The notes: generated by a model from the sequence alone, not told the origin. 42,214 nt of DNA from an uncultured Pseudomonadota bacterium (GCA_964429275.1 CAYSBJ010000002.1:240245-282458); one strand, 5' to 3'; counted from the stretch's first letter, positions 17,289 through 27,294 are shown. Numbers and translations: made by a program.

Positions 17289-17306
17289 AGCAAATCCTTT
17301 AAACGC

Positions 17307-17888
17307 TTATTTACCTTTGAGATAGTAGATTTTGGACCACAGTATTCTACCACGTTGCTCTTTTTCTTCAAGTATCACCCCTAAAGAAAGTGCGGCAAGA
17401 TCGGCATCTATCCGGGCAAAGAGGGCCGTGCCGAGAGCGGTCATATTGATTAATTCTCGTCCGCGACGGAATTGAAGAGTGAATTTCACTCGTTTTCCGT
17501 CTTCTAAGAACTGGGCCGACTGCTTCAATTTTATCCGATAATCCTGCTCTTCGATATACGGACGCAGCTTTAATTCTTTGATCTGGATGACTTTTTGATG
17601 CTTTTTAGCCTTGACGTCCTGCTTCTTTTTTTCGTACAGAAACTTCCCAAAGTCCATAATTTTGGCGATGACATTCTCACCTTCGCCACTTACTTGCACC
17701 AAATCAAGACCTTCCTCTTCGGCCTTTTGGAGTGCAGCCGCACGGCTGATGACTCCTAGGTTTTCCCCTGTAGAGGTGATAACACGGAGTTGCAGGGCTT
17801 TAATAGACCCATTAACCATATGCTTATGCGACGCCTCGTTCTTCTTTTCTTGCGAACCGAACGGCCGTTTACCCTTCACTTGAACCAT
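17307..17888 (-). CDS. infC: Translation initiation factor IF-3
   Basis: [48 protein letters not shown]. Start uncertain; ATG 17888 overlaps the recA end by 20 nt. Confidence 0.95.
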   Translation of the reverse strand: MVQVKGKRPFGSQEKKNEASHKHMVNGSIKALQLRVITSTGENLGVISRAAALQKAEEEGLDLVQVSGEGENVIAKIMDFGKFLYEKKKQDVKAKKHQKVIQIKELKLRPYIEEQDYRIKLKQSAQFLEDGKRVKFTLQFRRGRELINMTALGTALFARIDADLAALSLGVILEEKEQRGRILWSKIYYLKGK

Positions 17889-18909
17889 TAACTTGTAACC
17901 TTTGCGTAACCATCTTATATACCCTATCAAATAGCTCTGGCTCTTGTAGGCGCTTACCAGTATTATCGCGACCCTGGGCCAATTTTTCCTCGCCGAGGAA
18001 GAACCAGGCTCCATTCTGAGTGACGATATTATGCTGTAATGCCATATCAAGCAAGTCGAACTCACGGCTAACGCCGAAGCCGAAAATCAGATCTACCTCC
18101 ACCTTTGTAAATGGTGGTGCAACTTTATTCTTGACCACCTTTACCACAATTCTGTTGCCATACGGCACATCATTCTTCTTTAACGTCGCAATTCTGCGAA
18201 CATCAAGGCGCACCGATGCGTAAAACTTTAAAGCATTACCACCGGTCGTCGTTTCGTTATTACCAAACGACATCCCCCCAATTTTTTGCCTGATCTGGTT
18301 AATAAAGATCAGGATTGCGTTTGTTCTATGAACTAACGCAGTTAGCTTTCGAAGTGCTTGGGACATCAGGCGAGCCTGAAGGCCCATATGTGAATCTCCC
18401 ATTTCCCCTTCAAGTTCCGCTTTTGGCACCAAGGCCGCAACGGAATCAATTACTATCATGTCAATTGCCCCGGAGCGCAACAGCATTTCAGTAATTTCAA
18501 GAGCCTGCTCACCATGATCTGGCTGCGAAATGATTAAATCATTTACGTTTACCCCTATGGACGCTGCGTATGAAGGATCAATAGCATGCTCAGCATCAAT
18601 GAAAGCACACGTGCCACCCATGCGCTGAGCCTGGGCAATAGCCTGAAGAGTAATGGTCGTCTTACCAGACGCTTCCGGCCCGAACACTTCAATAATCCGA
18701 CCTCGCGGCAAGCCACCACAGCCAAGAGCCTCATCAATTAAGAGTGATCCGGTAGAGACCACATCAATCTTCTGATGCTCCTTTTGCCCAAAAAGCATCA
18801 CGGAGCCTTTACCAAACGTTTTATCGATTTGAGCAAAGACAACTTCAAGAGCTTTTTTACGAGCCTCCCCGTCTTGAACGCTAGCTGTAGTCTTCTTTAT
18901 TTCTTGCAT
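17869..18909 (-). CDS. recA: Recombinase A
   Basis: [68 protein letters not shown]. Confidence 0.99.
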   Translation of the reverse strand: MQEIKKTTASVQDGEARKKALEVVFAQIDKTFGKGSVMLFGQKEHQKIDVVSTGSLLIDEALGCGGLPRGRIIEVFGPEASGKTTITLQAIAQAQRMGGTCAFIDAEHAIDPSYAASIGVNVNDLIISQPDHGEQALEITEMLLRSGAIDMIVIDSVAALVPKAELEGEMGDSHMGLQARLMSQALRKLTALVHRTNAILIFINQIRQKIGGMSFGNNETTTGGNALKFYASVRLDVRRIATLKKNDVPYGNRIVVKVVKNKVAPPFTKVEVDLIFGFGVSREFDLLDMALQHNIVTQNGAWFFLGEEKLAQGRDNTGKRLQEPELFDRVYKMVTQRLQVNGSSEG

Positions 18910-18946
18910 ATCATTCCTTAGTTGCAGTTAAACGTCATAGTTGCAG

Positions 18947-20917
18947 TTAGATTTCATACGGAATCGGGTCTTGTTGCCCTTGCGAAAGTTGTTTTTGGTT
19001 AAATTCTACATGGGCATTGCGCAACAAGGAGGAGACAAAAGCTTGCGATAACGCCGACGATTCTTCGTTTAGTTGCTCATCGGCAGGACTCGATTGGGCC
19101 ACAGATGCGTCAACATCTTTAGCACTTTCTTCGTCAATACCGCGTAGCGTCACTAAGTATGCATCGTTTCCGGCAAAATGCAAGACCACTTGTTGCGAAT
19201 TGGTCAAGGAAAAAGCTTTCTTTAAGAGACCTGGAGCCGCTTTGAAGTCACCCTTTTCGCCGCCGGCCACGCTTAAATAACCAGAGGTGGAATAGGAAGC
19301 ATCATATTCTTTACTTACTTCCTTGAGGGAAACACCATCACGAACACTCGCTGCCATAACAGCAGCTATTTCGCGCACGCGAGAAGCCGCCTTAGAAGAG
19401 ATAAGGTCTGCCTCTACCGCTTTTGCTACTTCCTTATACGGCTTAATATACGAGCCTTCTTTGCCCTTAAGCTGCACCAGTACATAGGAGTCATTATGGG
19501 TAAAGAAGCTATAGCTATCAACTGCATGCAAAGTAAAGCCATTCTTTACGATTTGGCCCTCAAGGGTGTGGGTATTTGCTTTTGATTCCTCTACGCCGGC
19601 AAGTTCCTTATGAGACTCGGCTGCGGTTGTAATTTCAGCAATGGCCTCTCGGCTATTTGCCGCATCTTTTTTGATTTTTTCCATATGTACGCGAGTCCAG
19701 TCGGCTGCTTTTTTAGCGAGCACTGTCTTTTCAATTTCGCCTCGAACGTCGGAAAGCGACTTCTGACCTGCAGGAATACGCTCAAGAAGCTGAATAATTT
19801 CAAAACCAGTATCAACCTTAGTCACCGGGGCTAACTCTTGCGCTTGCTTCAGCCGGAATGCTGCCTGTTCAAATGCTTTGTCGTAAGTCCCGCGAGAGAA
19901 AAAGTCACGAACGCCACCAACACGAGCTGTTTCTTTGTCCGCCGAATGCTCTTCCGCTAATTTTTCAAAAATCGACGGATCTTTCGTAATTTGCGCATGC
20001 AAGTCATCCGCAAGTTTGCGCGCACCGTCAGTGTCTGCAGAAATGAGGATGTGACGTACTTTTACGCGTGGCGCAACGCGATAAAGCGTGTTTTTATTTT
20101 TTTCATAAAAACTTTCGACCGCTTCATCAGTAACCGTTACTTTATGTTCGGCAACGCTTGGGGAAACAACCCAATATGCAAACGTTCTTTTTTCCGGAAC
20201 GCGATACTGCTCCTTGCTACTTTCATAAAATGATTCAAGTTCGGCATTGCTCGTTTCTTCACGAGATACATTTTTACGGACTTGAGACATTTCAACCTTG
20301 GCAAGATTAAAAGATTTTTTAATCAAATTTTCTTCTAAAGACTGGCGACGCTCTTTCCGTGACACATACGCCGCATCACCAACAAAACGATCAAACAAAT
20401 CACGCTGCATTTCTTCTTCTTTACGATCTTCAAAATCAACTACGTGCATGTGGCGCATTTGCATAAAGCGACGATATGCTTGCATATCGACGTTGCCAGA
20501 TGCATCAAGAAAATCAGCAGGTAATGTCTTAAGGATTTCTTTACTAACAACCTCTTCATGAAGGCTTACAGATAGTGGCTTCAATGTGCTAGCAATAATG
20601 GATTCATATATAAGGGCATCAATAGCCGCTTGGGTAGGGTCGGTAAGACCAAAAAGTTGCAAGTAAAAATCGGCAGGAATACCGCGAGACCGAGCCTCAC
20701 TGCGACGAATATTGATTTGCTCCTGAAAATCTCGAACGCGTGCATTAAACGTACGGTACGAAACAGACTCGCCATTTACACGCAAAACAGTTGCTACTTG
20801 ATTTGATCGACTGATCATGGTCAGCGACGATGCCGCAATTGATATCGCTATCGGCCACAAAACAATCTTCCATTTATTTAGGTTCTTACGAAAAAGATAA
20901 CTCACGACATCCTCCAA
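18947..20917 (-). CDS. ppiD: PpiD-like periplasmic chaperone (SurA N-domain + parvulin PPIase)
   Basis: N-terminal TM, VNGESVS, YRVPEKR, RVKVRHILI, FEKLAEEHSADKETARVGG, FEQAAF. Confidence 0.85.
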   Translation of the reverse strand: MEDVVSYLFRKNLNKWKIVLWPIAISIAASSLTMISRSNQVATVLRVNGESVSYRTFNARVRDFQEQINIRRSEARSRGIPADFYLQLFGLTDPTQAAIDALIYESIIASTLKPLSVSLHEEVVSKEILKTLPADFLDASGNVDMQAYRRFMQMRHMHVVDFEDRKEEEMQRDLFDRFVGDAAYVSRKERRQSLEENLIKKSFNLAKVEMSQVRKNVSREETSNAELESFYESSKEQYRVPEKRTFAYWVVSPSVAEHKVTVTDEAVESFYEKNKNTLYRVAPRVKVRHILISADTDGARKLADDLHAQITKDPSIFEKLAEEHSADKETARVGGVRDFFSRGTYDKAFEQAAFRLKQAQELAPVTKVDTGFEIIQLLERIPAGQKSLSDVRGEIEKTVLAKKAADWTRVHMEKIKKDAANSREAIAEITTAAESHKELAGVEESKANTHTLEGQIVKNGFTLHAVDSYSFFTHNDSYVLVQLKGKEGSYIKPYKEVAKAVEADLISSKAASRVREIAAVMAASVRDGVSLKEVSKEYDASYSTSGYLSVAGGEKGDFKAAPGLLKKAFSLTNSQQVVLHFAGNDAYLVTLRGIDEESAKDVDASVAQSSPADEQLNEESSALSQAFVSSLLRNAHVEFNQKQLSQGQQDPIPYEI

Positions 20918-20946
20918 TACAAATTCTTTTACAAAGATGAGGGAGC

Positions 20947-20975
20947 ATTCTAGAGGAGGGGGCTACTTTTTGCAA
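20947..20975 (-). promoter_or_regulatory. Sigma70 promoter upstream of the ppiD-recA-infC block
   Basis: Minus strand TTGCAA-17 nt-TAGAAT. Confidence 0.55.
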
Positions 20976-21212
20976 CCAATCTATAGCCCGACTTCAAATA
21001 GAAAAAAGCTCCGGTTGCCGTTTCACGCCGCTTACCGCCATCACGCAATAAGGACCTCTGCTCGTATCGCATAAAATAGCGCGTTTTTCGGTGGACCACA
21101 GCCACTACCGCACGTGTAAACAAACTCAAGTGCAATCACAACAGATCGAACCAAGCTTTCGTGCGCCCCAGGGTCTTTTAAAAAGAACTCAGCAAGATGC
21201 TATATTTTTCAC

Positions 21213-22133
21213 TTACGCAACATCAATTTCTTTAATCTCGCACCCGCCAACCTCTTCCAGCTGCCGCATAAAACTGCGCCAAAAGGTCCGCTGCCGCTTT
21301 GCATAGTTGCGTGTTTCTTGTTGAATATAGGCGATAACCGCCGGCAATTGATCGGCAGGCTCCCCCGCTTCAATCCAGGAGGCCAGTTCACGATAACCAA
21401 TAAAGCCTTTTGTTTCCACGAGGTGTCGCCATGCGGCGTCTCGCATCAACCCTCGCACCTCCAGAATCCAACCATCACGCTGAATCATTTGCTCAGCGCG
21501 CTGGTTAATGCGATCGTATAGGACCTCAGTGGTGGGAGATAGAAAAACAATGGAGGCAAAAAAGGGAGGTTTATATGTCGGCACGAGAAGTGATGGCTTG
21601 ACGCCATTTTCATACCAAAGAGCCAATGCGCGCATAACTCGATAGGTATCATGCATATGAACTTGAGCTGCACGAGTAGGATCAACTTCGTGCAAATGAT
21701 TCCACTGGTCGGCAATTGATAACAATCGCACCGATTCTGGAATTGAAGCACCTGCATTATCAGACCGGCCATGAGCCTTGTGTGGTGGAAAAAATAATGA
21801 TTTTATATAAAAAAGAGAACCGCCAACCAAAATGGGCACCTTGCCGCGAGCGGTGATGTCGGCAACAGTAGCCAAAATCCTCTCGCGATACTGCGCCACA
21901 TCGAAGTCTACTGGTTGGTCGCAAATATCGAAAAGGTGATGTTTTATCTCGTGAGTTGCCCAATCCAGCGGCTTTGCCGTGCCAATAGAGACGCGAGTGT
22001 ACATCTGTGCAGAGTCGGCATTAACAACCTCGCCGCAAAGCTGGCGTGCAAGATCGACTGCATAAGCAGATTTTCCGGACGCCGTTGGTCCGGCAACAAT
22101 ATAAACTTTAGAGGAGAGAATTGGTTGAGCCAT
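21213..22133 (-). CDS. miaA: tRNA dimethylallyltransferase
   Basis: GPTASGKS, NADSAQMY, IGTAKP, HHLFD, VGGSLFYIKSL, IGYRE, TRNYAKRQRTF. Start ATG 22133. Confidence 0.95.
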   Translation of the reverse strand: MAQPILSSKVYIVAGPTASGKSAYAVDLARQLCGEVVNADSAQMYTRVSIGTAKPLDWATHEIKHHLFDICDQPVDFDVAQYRERILATVADITARGKVPILVGGSLFYIKSLFFPPHKAHGRSDNAGASIPESVRLLSIADQWNHLHEVDPTRAAQVHMHDTYRVMRALALWYENGVKPSLLVPTYKPPFFASIVFLSPTTEVLYDRINQRAEQMIQRDGWILEVRGLMRDAAWRHLVETKGFIGYRELASWIEAGEPADQLPAVIAYIQQETRNYAKRQRTFWRSFMRQLEEVGGCEIKEIDVA

Positions 22134-22668
22134 GTTGCCCCGACGAGGCGTAACTAACAATGAACTGTTTAAATGGTGCGCGAACCAACTCAAGGGCCGC
22201 GGACCGATCAAGGTCTTTCACCACCATAATCTCCTGCGCTAACAGCTCTTCAGTTGTTTGTTGGAGAGACTTTTCGCCAAAAGAAAGTTCTTTGTGTTGC
22301 CCAATGTACATGAGCTCTTGATAAATCGCCAAGATACCGACGAAATCGCCGGCCTGGAGACGTGTTTGATAATCTTTTTGTCGCTTACTCCAGACCGTTG
22401 GGCTTACTTCAAGGTCTTCGAAGCGTTGTTGCAGAACCGCAGCAGAATAAGCAGTGAGCGCCTCATCGATAGATTGGGGCATATTGAGCGTTCGAACGCC
22501 CGTTTGGCCAGTGTTATTCACCGGAATCAACACCGTCATATCCTTGTACAAGAAAGAAAGTTTATAAAATTGCATTGGCGTACCGCCGACATTCTTTTCT
22601 ATGACATCTTCGATAACTGCCACACCGTGAGCAGGATAAACAACTCTCTCATTGACCTTAAAACGCAT
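22108..22668 (-). CDS. carD: CarD family transcriptional regulator
   Basis: MRFKVNERVVYPAHGVAVIE, LIPV, GVR, conserved W (VWSKR), LSFGEK. Confidence 0.92.
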   Translation of the reverse strand: MRFKVNERVVYPAHGVAVIEDVIEKNVGGTPMQFYKLSFLYKDMTVLIPVNNTGQTGVRTLNMPQSIDEALTAYSAAVLQQRFEDLEVSPTVWSKRQKDYQTRLQAGDFVGILAIYQELMYIGQHKELSFGEKSLQQTTEELLAQEIMVVKDLDRSAALELVRAPFKQFIVSYASSGQHGSTNSLL

Positions 22669-22925
22669 ACCAAAACTCCAAAACGCCAGCAACCTTCAAA
22701 TCGATCTGCGTTTAATATACACGCAAAGTGGCCAATCAGGCAAGAAGATTATAGGAAGCAAGAGGGCCCACTCTTAATGAGCAGGCCCTGAAGTAGATCC
22801 CCCGCCAACCCTTCGATTGGATACGAAGAGAATATCAGCTGCCAATAGCATATGAAAATATTTCTGGAAAAGAGATTAAAAATAGCGAATAATACTGAGT
22901 AAATTTATTTAACGATAAGAAGAGT

Positions 22926-24176
22926 ATGAACCCAACAACGCGAACAGCCAGCAAACTTTCTCGGCGTCACTTCATCATCGCCACGATATTCGAAGGAGGC
23001 AAATACCTGCATCAGGCAGCGCTGTACTTTATACTGCCAGCTGCTGAATATGGCCTTGTCGGCTCGGTGTTCTCTCTCGCCTACCTTTCAGCCAACCTTG
23101 CCTGCCTCGAAGGCAATAATGCACTGGTACCGCACACCAACGCTATCAGCACCAATGCAAACCGACGCCAATTTATCCTGCGACACCTCATCGGGCCACA
23201 ACTAATACAACATAGCCTTGCCGCCACAGCAACTGGCTGCACCATCTACCAACTTACACAACAGGAGCTCTTGGCCGGAGCCGGTTGCCTGATCGCCTTA
23301 ACCGAAGGACTGCGCATTGCATGCCGCCCACTTATTTACGCCATGGCAAATAGCCAGCACACCGCCAAAAACGAAGCCACTATTTCATTTGCCTATATCG
23401 GTATTTTATGGGCCATTACCGCACTAAATGAACACTATCTTACCAGCACCACAATAGTAGGCCTCTACGCAATCGCAAGCATTCTGGGGTTAAGCTACCT
23501 CATTACGACAGGACTCATAAAACTCAAAAAAATCCCGAAATCAAACGAAGCCGCAACCTTGCCCCAATGGAGGGATATCTGGAGACTGCAAGGATCGCTT
23601 CTCGCGCTCCAACTGCCACACAACCTTTTCTCCGCCAACTTCATTGTGCCATTCTTTGCCTACCGCAACGGGTTGGTAATGGCAGGGGCGATAAAGATAA
23701 CCAGCGAAGTAGCAGGTGCGGTACGATCAGTCATTAAAAGCAGCATCGGTTTCCCACTCAATGCATTGTTTAGCCAGATCGCAACGAATCAGGCCTCAAG
23801 CGGCGAAAGGCGGCAAGAAATATTTGCTACAATCCAATCAGTCGCCACACAAGCAAGTGCCATCTTAATAGTAACACTCAGCATTATTGGGGCAGCATTG
23901 GCAATACCATGGCCAATACACACAAAGGTGATATTTGGCGGATTCTGTCTTCTTATGGTTGCCGATTATCTATGCATGCCGTATGAACTCTTAAGTCTTC
24001 ATAGCAACACAGTAGGGCGTGCAGCACTCATTCGTGGTGCAGAAGTGATCGTAGACATTGTGGTGCTTATCATTTGCGCACAGTGGCCGCTTGGCGTCAT
24101 AACGGGGATTGGCATCGTCCGACTTATAACATGGCAGTTTCTCGCACGGGCTACGCGCCCGGTTCCTTTTTTTTGA
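22926..24176 (+). CDS. Polytopic membrane protein, possible Wzx/MOP-like flippase
   Basis: 416 aa with about 10-12 hydrophobic segments; LPAAEYGLVGSVFSL resembles the flippase N-terminal motif. Confidence 0.55.
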   Translation: MNPTTRTASKLSRRHFIIATIFEGGKYLHQAALYFILPAAEYGLVGSVFSLAYLSANLACLEGNNALVPHTNAISTNANRRQFILRHLIGPQLIQHSLAATATGCTIYQLTQQELLAGAGCLIALTEGLRIACRPLIYAMANSQHTAKNEATISFAYIGILWAITALNEHYLTSTTIVGLYAIASILGLSYLITTGLIKLKKIPKSNEAATLPQWRDIWRLQGSLLALQLPHNLFSANFIVPFFAYRNGLVMAGAIKITSEVAGAVRSVIKSSIGFPLNALFSQIATNQASSGERRQEIFATIQSVATQASAILIVTLSIIGAALAIPWPIHTKVIFGGFCLLMVADYLCMPYELLSLHSNTVGRAALIRGAEVIVDIVVLIICAQWPLGVITGIGIVRLITWQFLARATRPVPFF

Positions 24177-24628
24177 GGACTTGAAAAAAGAAAGCGCCCT
24201 CCCCCGATTTTCACACCGCTCTGCGCCAGGAAAATAGCCATACCCATAAAAGGCCTTATTGCGAGCCCATATGGGCGAAGCACTGGTTGCGTTCACCGGC
24301 ATAGCAACAAAAGAGGTAGTACGATAGCAAACCCCCTATAAGTATATGCGTATACTGGTAGCAACAGATGAGACACGCATAAGGTTCGTCCTACTGGTAC
24401 ACCACCCCTCTCCCCTTTTCTTTGTATATATGCATACACACACCTTAACAATGACACTGACACTGGTTATGACCACATGTGCCCCATAAACACCAACGCC
24501 CAATATAAAGGGAGCTTAGTATTAGGTATCAGTACGACCTCCTTGTGTCTTATCCTCACGTAAACCTCTATACCTTCACATATGGCTTCATCCATCCCCT
24601 CCACGCTCCTTCTATCCATTCACTCTCT

Positions 24629-24719
24629 ACTTAGCACCTAACACTCAATACCTAATACCTTATACTTTACCTATAACACCCAATACTTTATATTTTATAC
24701 CCTATGCCTTATATCTACT
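24629..24719 (+). repeat. Degenerate tandem heptamer array (13 units, consensus about ACYTWAT)
   Basis: acttagc acctaac actcaat acctaat accttat actttac ctataac acccaat actttat attttat accctat gccttat atctact. Confidence 0.75.
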
Positions 24720-24773
24720 TCCCCGACTATCCCTCTATCTCACTGCCTTACCCACCAACACTTTCTTTTCCTT

Positions 24774-24960
24774 TCTATGCCAGCCGGAAGCGAGAGGTCA
24801 TATCCCCACCGCACAGCGCATCCTGGTTTCTCTAAAGGCTATCTCGGCGTGGGGTATGGCCGGAGGCTGGAGGCATCCCGCGCGCGACGCGTCGGGGGCC
24901 GACAGCAACGGGCCTCACCCCTGTCAAAGCACACGCAAAATAAGTGGGGGCTGGCATAGA
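24774..24960. other. GC-rich structured non-coding element
   Basis: Perfect 12-bp closing inverted repeat TCTATGCCAGCC (24774-85) / GGCTGGCATAGA (24949-60); inner stem GGTCATATCCCCAC (24796-809) / GTGGGGTATGGCC (24849-61). Confidence 0.5.
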
Positions 24961-25038
24961 GCCCTATCATACGGTAAAATGCACCCAGATACACAGCTTG
25001 GATCATCACAAAAGTAGCCGTTATCAGACTGGGGGCTT

Positions 25039-25473
25039 ATGAAAAGTAAAAAACATCGCTTCAAAATAGGCAAAATGGTCCGCGACAAAATGCCCGATGT
25101 TCTGCGCGCGCTCGACATTCACCCGACAACATACGTACTAGGCCCGGATGCATACCTAGAGCATCTCAATAAAAAGCTTCTCGAAGAAGCAGTAGAGGTT
25201 GTATCGGCCGCCTCTGCAAAGGAAAAAGCTGAGGAGCTCGGCGACGTACTGGAGGTCTTATATGCTCTCGCAGCAAGCCTTGGGATGACCATGGAGGATA
25301 TTGAGCGAATTCGACAAGAAAAAACAGGCAAGCGCGGTGGTTTTACTAAAGGCATATTCTGCGAGTACGACGAACTACGCGAAGACAATTTATACTACAA
25401 CTTCTACCTCAGCAGGCGTGATCAATACCCTGAATTAGAAATACCAACAGAAGAACAAGAATCTCTTAAATAA
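25039..25473 (+). CDS. MazG-like all-alpha NTP pyrophosphohydrolase (COG4997-type), paralog 1
   Basis: KMVRDKMP, KKLLEEAVE, EELGDVLE, K...RGGF. Confidence 0.88.
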   Translation: MKSKKHRFKIGKMVRDKMPDVLRALDIHPTTYVLGPDAYLEHLNKKLLEEAVEVVSAASAKEKAEELGDVLEVLYALAASLGMTMEDIERIRQEKTGKRGGFTKGIFCEYDELREDNLYYNFYLSRRDQYPELEIPTEEQESLK

Positions 25474-25485
25474 AAGGAGCCTCCC

Positions 25486-25902
25486 ATGGCAAATAAACGT
25501 CGATTCAGTGCTGAAAAACTTCTGCGCGAAAAAGTTCCAGCTCTTATGCAGGAAAAAGGTATTTTCTTTAAAACTCGCCTCGTCAGTGGCGAAGAGCTCG
25601 CTCGACAATTAGAAGAAAAAATAGCAGAAGAAGTCCTGGAAACAATCGTTGCAACCGCAAAGGAAAAAAAGATCTCCGAATTGGCCGACACACTGGAAGC
25701 CATCGCATCTTTAGCTCATGCACTCGGCTCATCTATGCAAGAAGTCGAAACCGTGCGCCAAAAGAAGCGTGCTGAGCAAGGCGGCTATGAAAAAGGAATC
25801 TATGCAGAATACGCAGAAATGGATGAAAACAACGCCCATATTAAGCATTACCTCAACAATCCAGACCGCTATCCCGAAATGCCGGTTACACCAGAAAAAT
25901 AA
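25486..25902 (+). CDS. MazG-like NTP pyrophosphohydrolase, paralog 2
   Basis: KLLREKVP, KIAEEVLE, SELADTLE, QGGYEKGI, RYPE; RBS AAGGAG. Confidence 0.85.
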   Translation: MANKRRFSAEKLLREKVPALMQEKGIFFKTRLVSGEELARQLEEKIAEEVLETIVATAKEKKISELADTLEAIASLAHALGSSMQEVETVRQKKRAEQGGYEKGIYAEYAEMDENNAHIKHYLNNPDRYPEMPVTPEK

Positions 25903-25972
25903 CGCGGTGCGACCTAAATTGGAAAGACATATGGGACGCGTTATCGGCCATCAGTAAAATCGTAGGGACCCC

Positions 25973-26464
25973 ATGACACACATAACCGCTAAAGCGGCCC
26001 AAGCCATACAGACTGCACTCAATGAACATGGACTTAAGTGCACCGCTGTTGAAATGCCAGGCTCTACGCGTACTGCCCAAAAAGCTACAGAGGGAATTGG
26101 TTGCAAAGTCGCACAGATCGCAAAATCACTGATTTTCAAAACGCTTGGCAATAAGCCAGTATTCGTCCTGGCCTCAGGCCCAAACCGCGTAAGTGAAAAG
26201 GCCATTGAGGCCTAGATAGGAGAAAAAATAGCCAAGGCTGATGCCGATTTTGTCCGCTAAGTAAACGGCTTTGCTATTGGCGGCATTCCGCTGATAGGTC
26301 ATCGACAAAAAATTGATCACGTTTTCATTGACCAAAACCTGCTTAAATTTGAAAATGTATGGGCCGCAGCCGGCACCCCACAGAGCGTATTTAACATAGA
26401 AACAGAAGCACTCTGCGGAATCGTACCGGGTAAGATAATTGCCGTAACAGAAGAGAAAAAATAA
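25973..26464 (+). pseudogene. YbaK/EbsC-family aminoacyl-tRNA deacylase pseudogene
   Basis: Continuous frame STRTAQ..GC.VAQIAKSLIF..ASGPNRV..ADADFVR*VNGFAIGGIP..GH..VWAAAGTP, with in-frame stops TAG 26213 and TAA 26258; natural stop TAA 26462. Confidence 0.88.
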
Positions 26465-26475
26465 AGGAATTAATT

Positions 26476-26877
26476 ATGACATCACGACGTCGATTTAGCG
26501 CTGCAAAAATTGTTCGCAGCAGAACAGCAGAGCTCTTAGAAAAACGTAACGCAATAATTAAAACACGACACCTTGAAATGCCAGAATATATTCTGCATTT
26601 AGAAAAGAAGCTAATCGAGGAAGCCAATGAGGTTGTAGAAGCTGTCACCGCAGAAGAACGAATTTCAGAACTCGCCGACGCGTTAGAAGTCATAAATGCC
26701 CTTGCCACCACCACTGGCTCCTCTTTCGAAGAAATCGAACGCGTCAGACAAGAAAAGCTCATTGCGCGCGGCGGCTACGACCAGCGTATCTACTGCGAAT
26801 ATGTTGAAGTAAGCGCTGATAACGAACTCGCCCAGTATTATCAAGAACACCACTACCCAGAAATACCGGTTGAATAA
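26476..26877 (+). CDS. MazG-like NTP pyrophosphohydrolase, paralog 3
   Basis: KIVRSRTA, KKLIEEANE, SELADALE, RGGYDQRIYCEY, HYPE. Confidence 0.85.
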   Translation: MTSRRRFSAAKIVRSRTAELLEKRNAIIKTRHLEMPEYILHLEKKLIEEANEVVEAVTAEERISELADALEVINALATTTGSSFEEIERVRQEKLIARGGYDQRIYCEYVEVSADNELAQYYQEHHYPEIPVE

Positions 26878-26892
26878 CACAAGGAATACACA

Positions 26893-27294
26893 ATGACAGC
26901 GCGATCACGATTTAGCCATGAAAAACTTGTCCGCAGCAGAACCGCCGAGCGACTTGAGAAGCGCGGCGCACTAGTAAAAACGCGGCAACTTGAACTGCCA
27001 GAATACATAACAAACCTCGAAAAAAAACTCGTTGAGGAAGCCGAAGAAGTCATGAGCACCTCTACCCCAGAGCAGCGCATATCAGAACTCGCCGATGTAC
27101 TTGAAATTATAAACGCCCTCTCTGTAGCAACCGGCTTCTCACTCGAAGATGTTGAGCGCATTCGACAAAAAAAATTGGTTGAGCGCGGAGGCCTTGATCA
27201 ACGCATCTATTGCGAATACGTAGAGGTGGATACCGACAACGAATTGGCCAAGTACTATCGAGAAAACCATTACCCAGAAACACCGGTCAAATAA
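26893..27294 (+). CDS. MazG-like NTP pyrophosphohydrolase, paralog 4 (close duplicate of paralog 3)
   Basis: KLVRSRTA, KKLVEEAEE, SELADVLE, RGGLDQRIYCEY, HYPE; same 133-aa length as paralog 3. Confidence 0.85.
   Translation: MTARSRFSHEKLVRSRTAERLEKRGALVKTRQLELPEYITNLEKKLVEEAEEVMSTSTPEQRISELADVLEIINALSVATGFSLEDVERIRQKKLVERGGLDQRIYCEYVEVDTDNELAKYYRENHYPETPVK

Noticed and set aside
17889..18065. N-terminal extension of the 252-aa infC ORF
   Set aside because: It lies in an alternate frame inside recA and is not IF3-like.
20950..21135. 61-aa minus-strand ORF (considered as rnpA)
   Set aside because: No RNR motif, too short, TTG start, and it overlaps the predicted ppiD promoter.
24177..25038. 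oriC, CRISPR array, tmRNA or RNase P RNA in the long intergenic region
   Set aside because: No DnaA-box cluster or evident skew switch, no repeat-spacer units or cas genes, and no tmRNA acceptor/tag or RNase P P4 signature.
25973..26464. Stop-codon reassignment explaining the ybaK in-frame stops
   Set aside because: TAA and TAG terminate conserved genes in this window (recA TAA, rsmH TAG, spoVG TAG), so the standard code applies.
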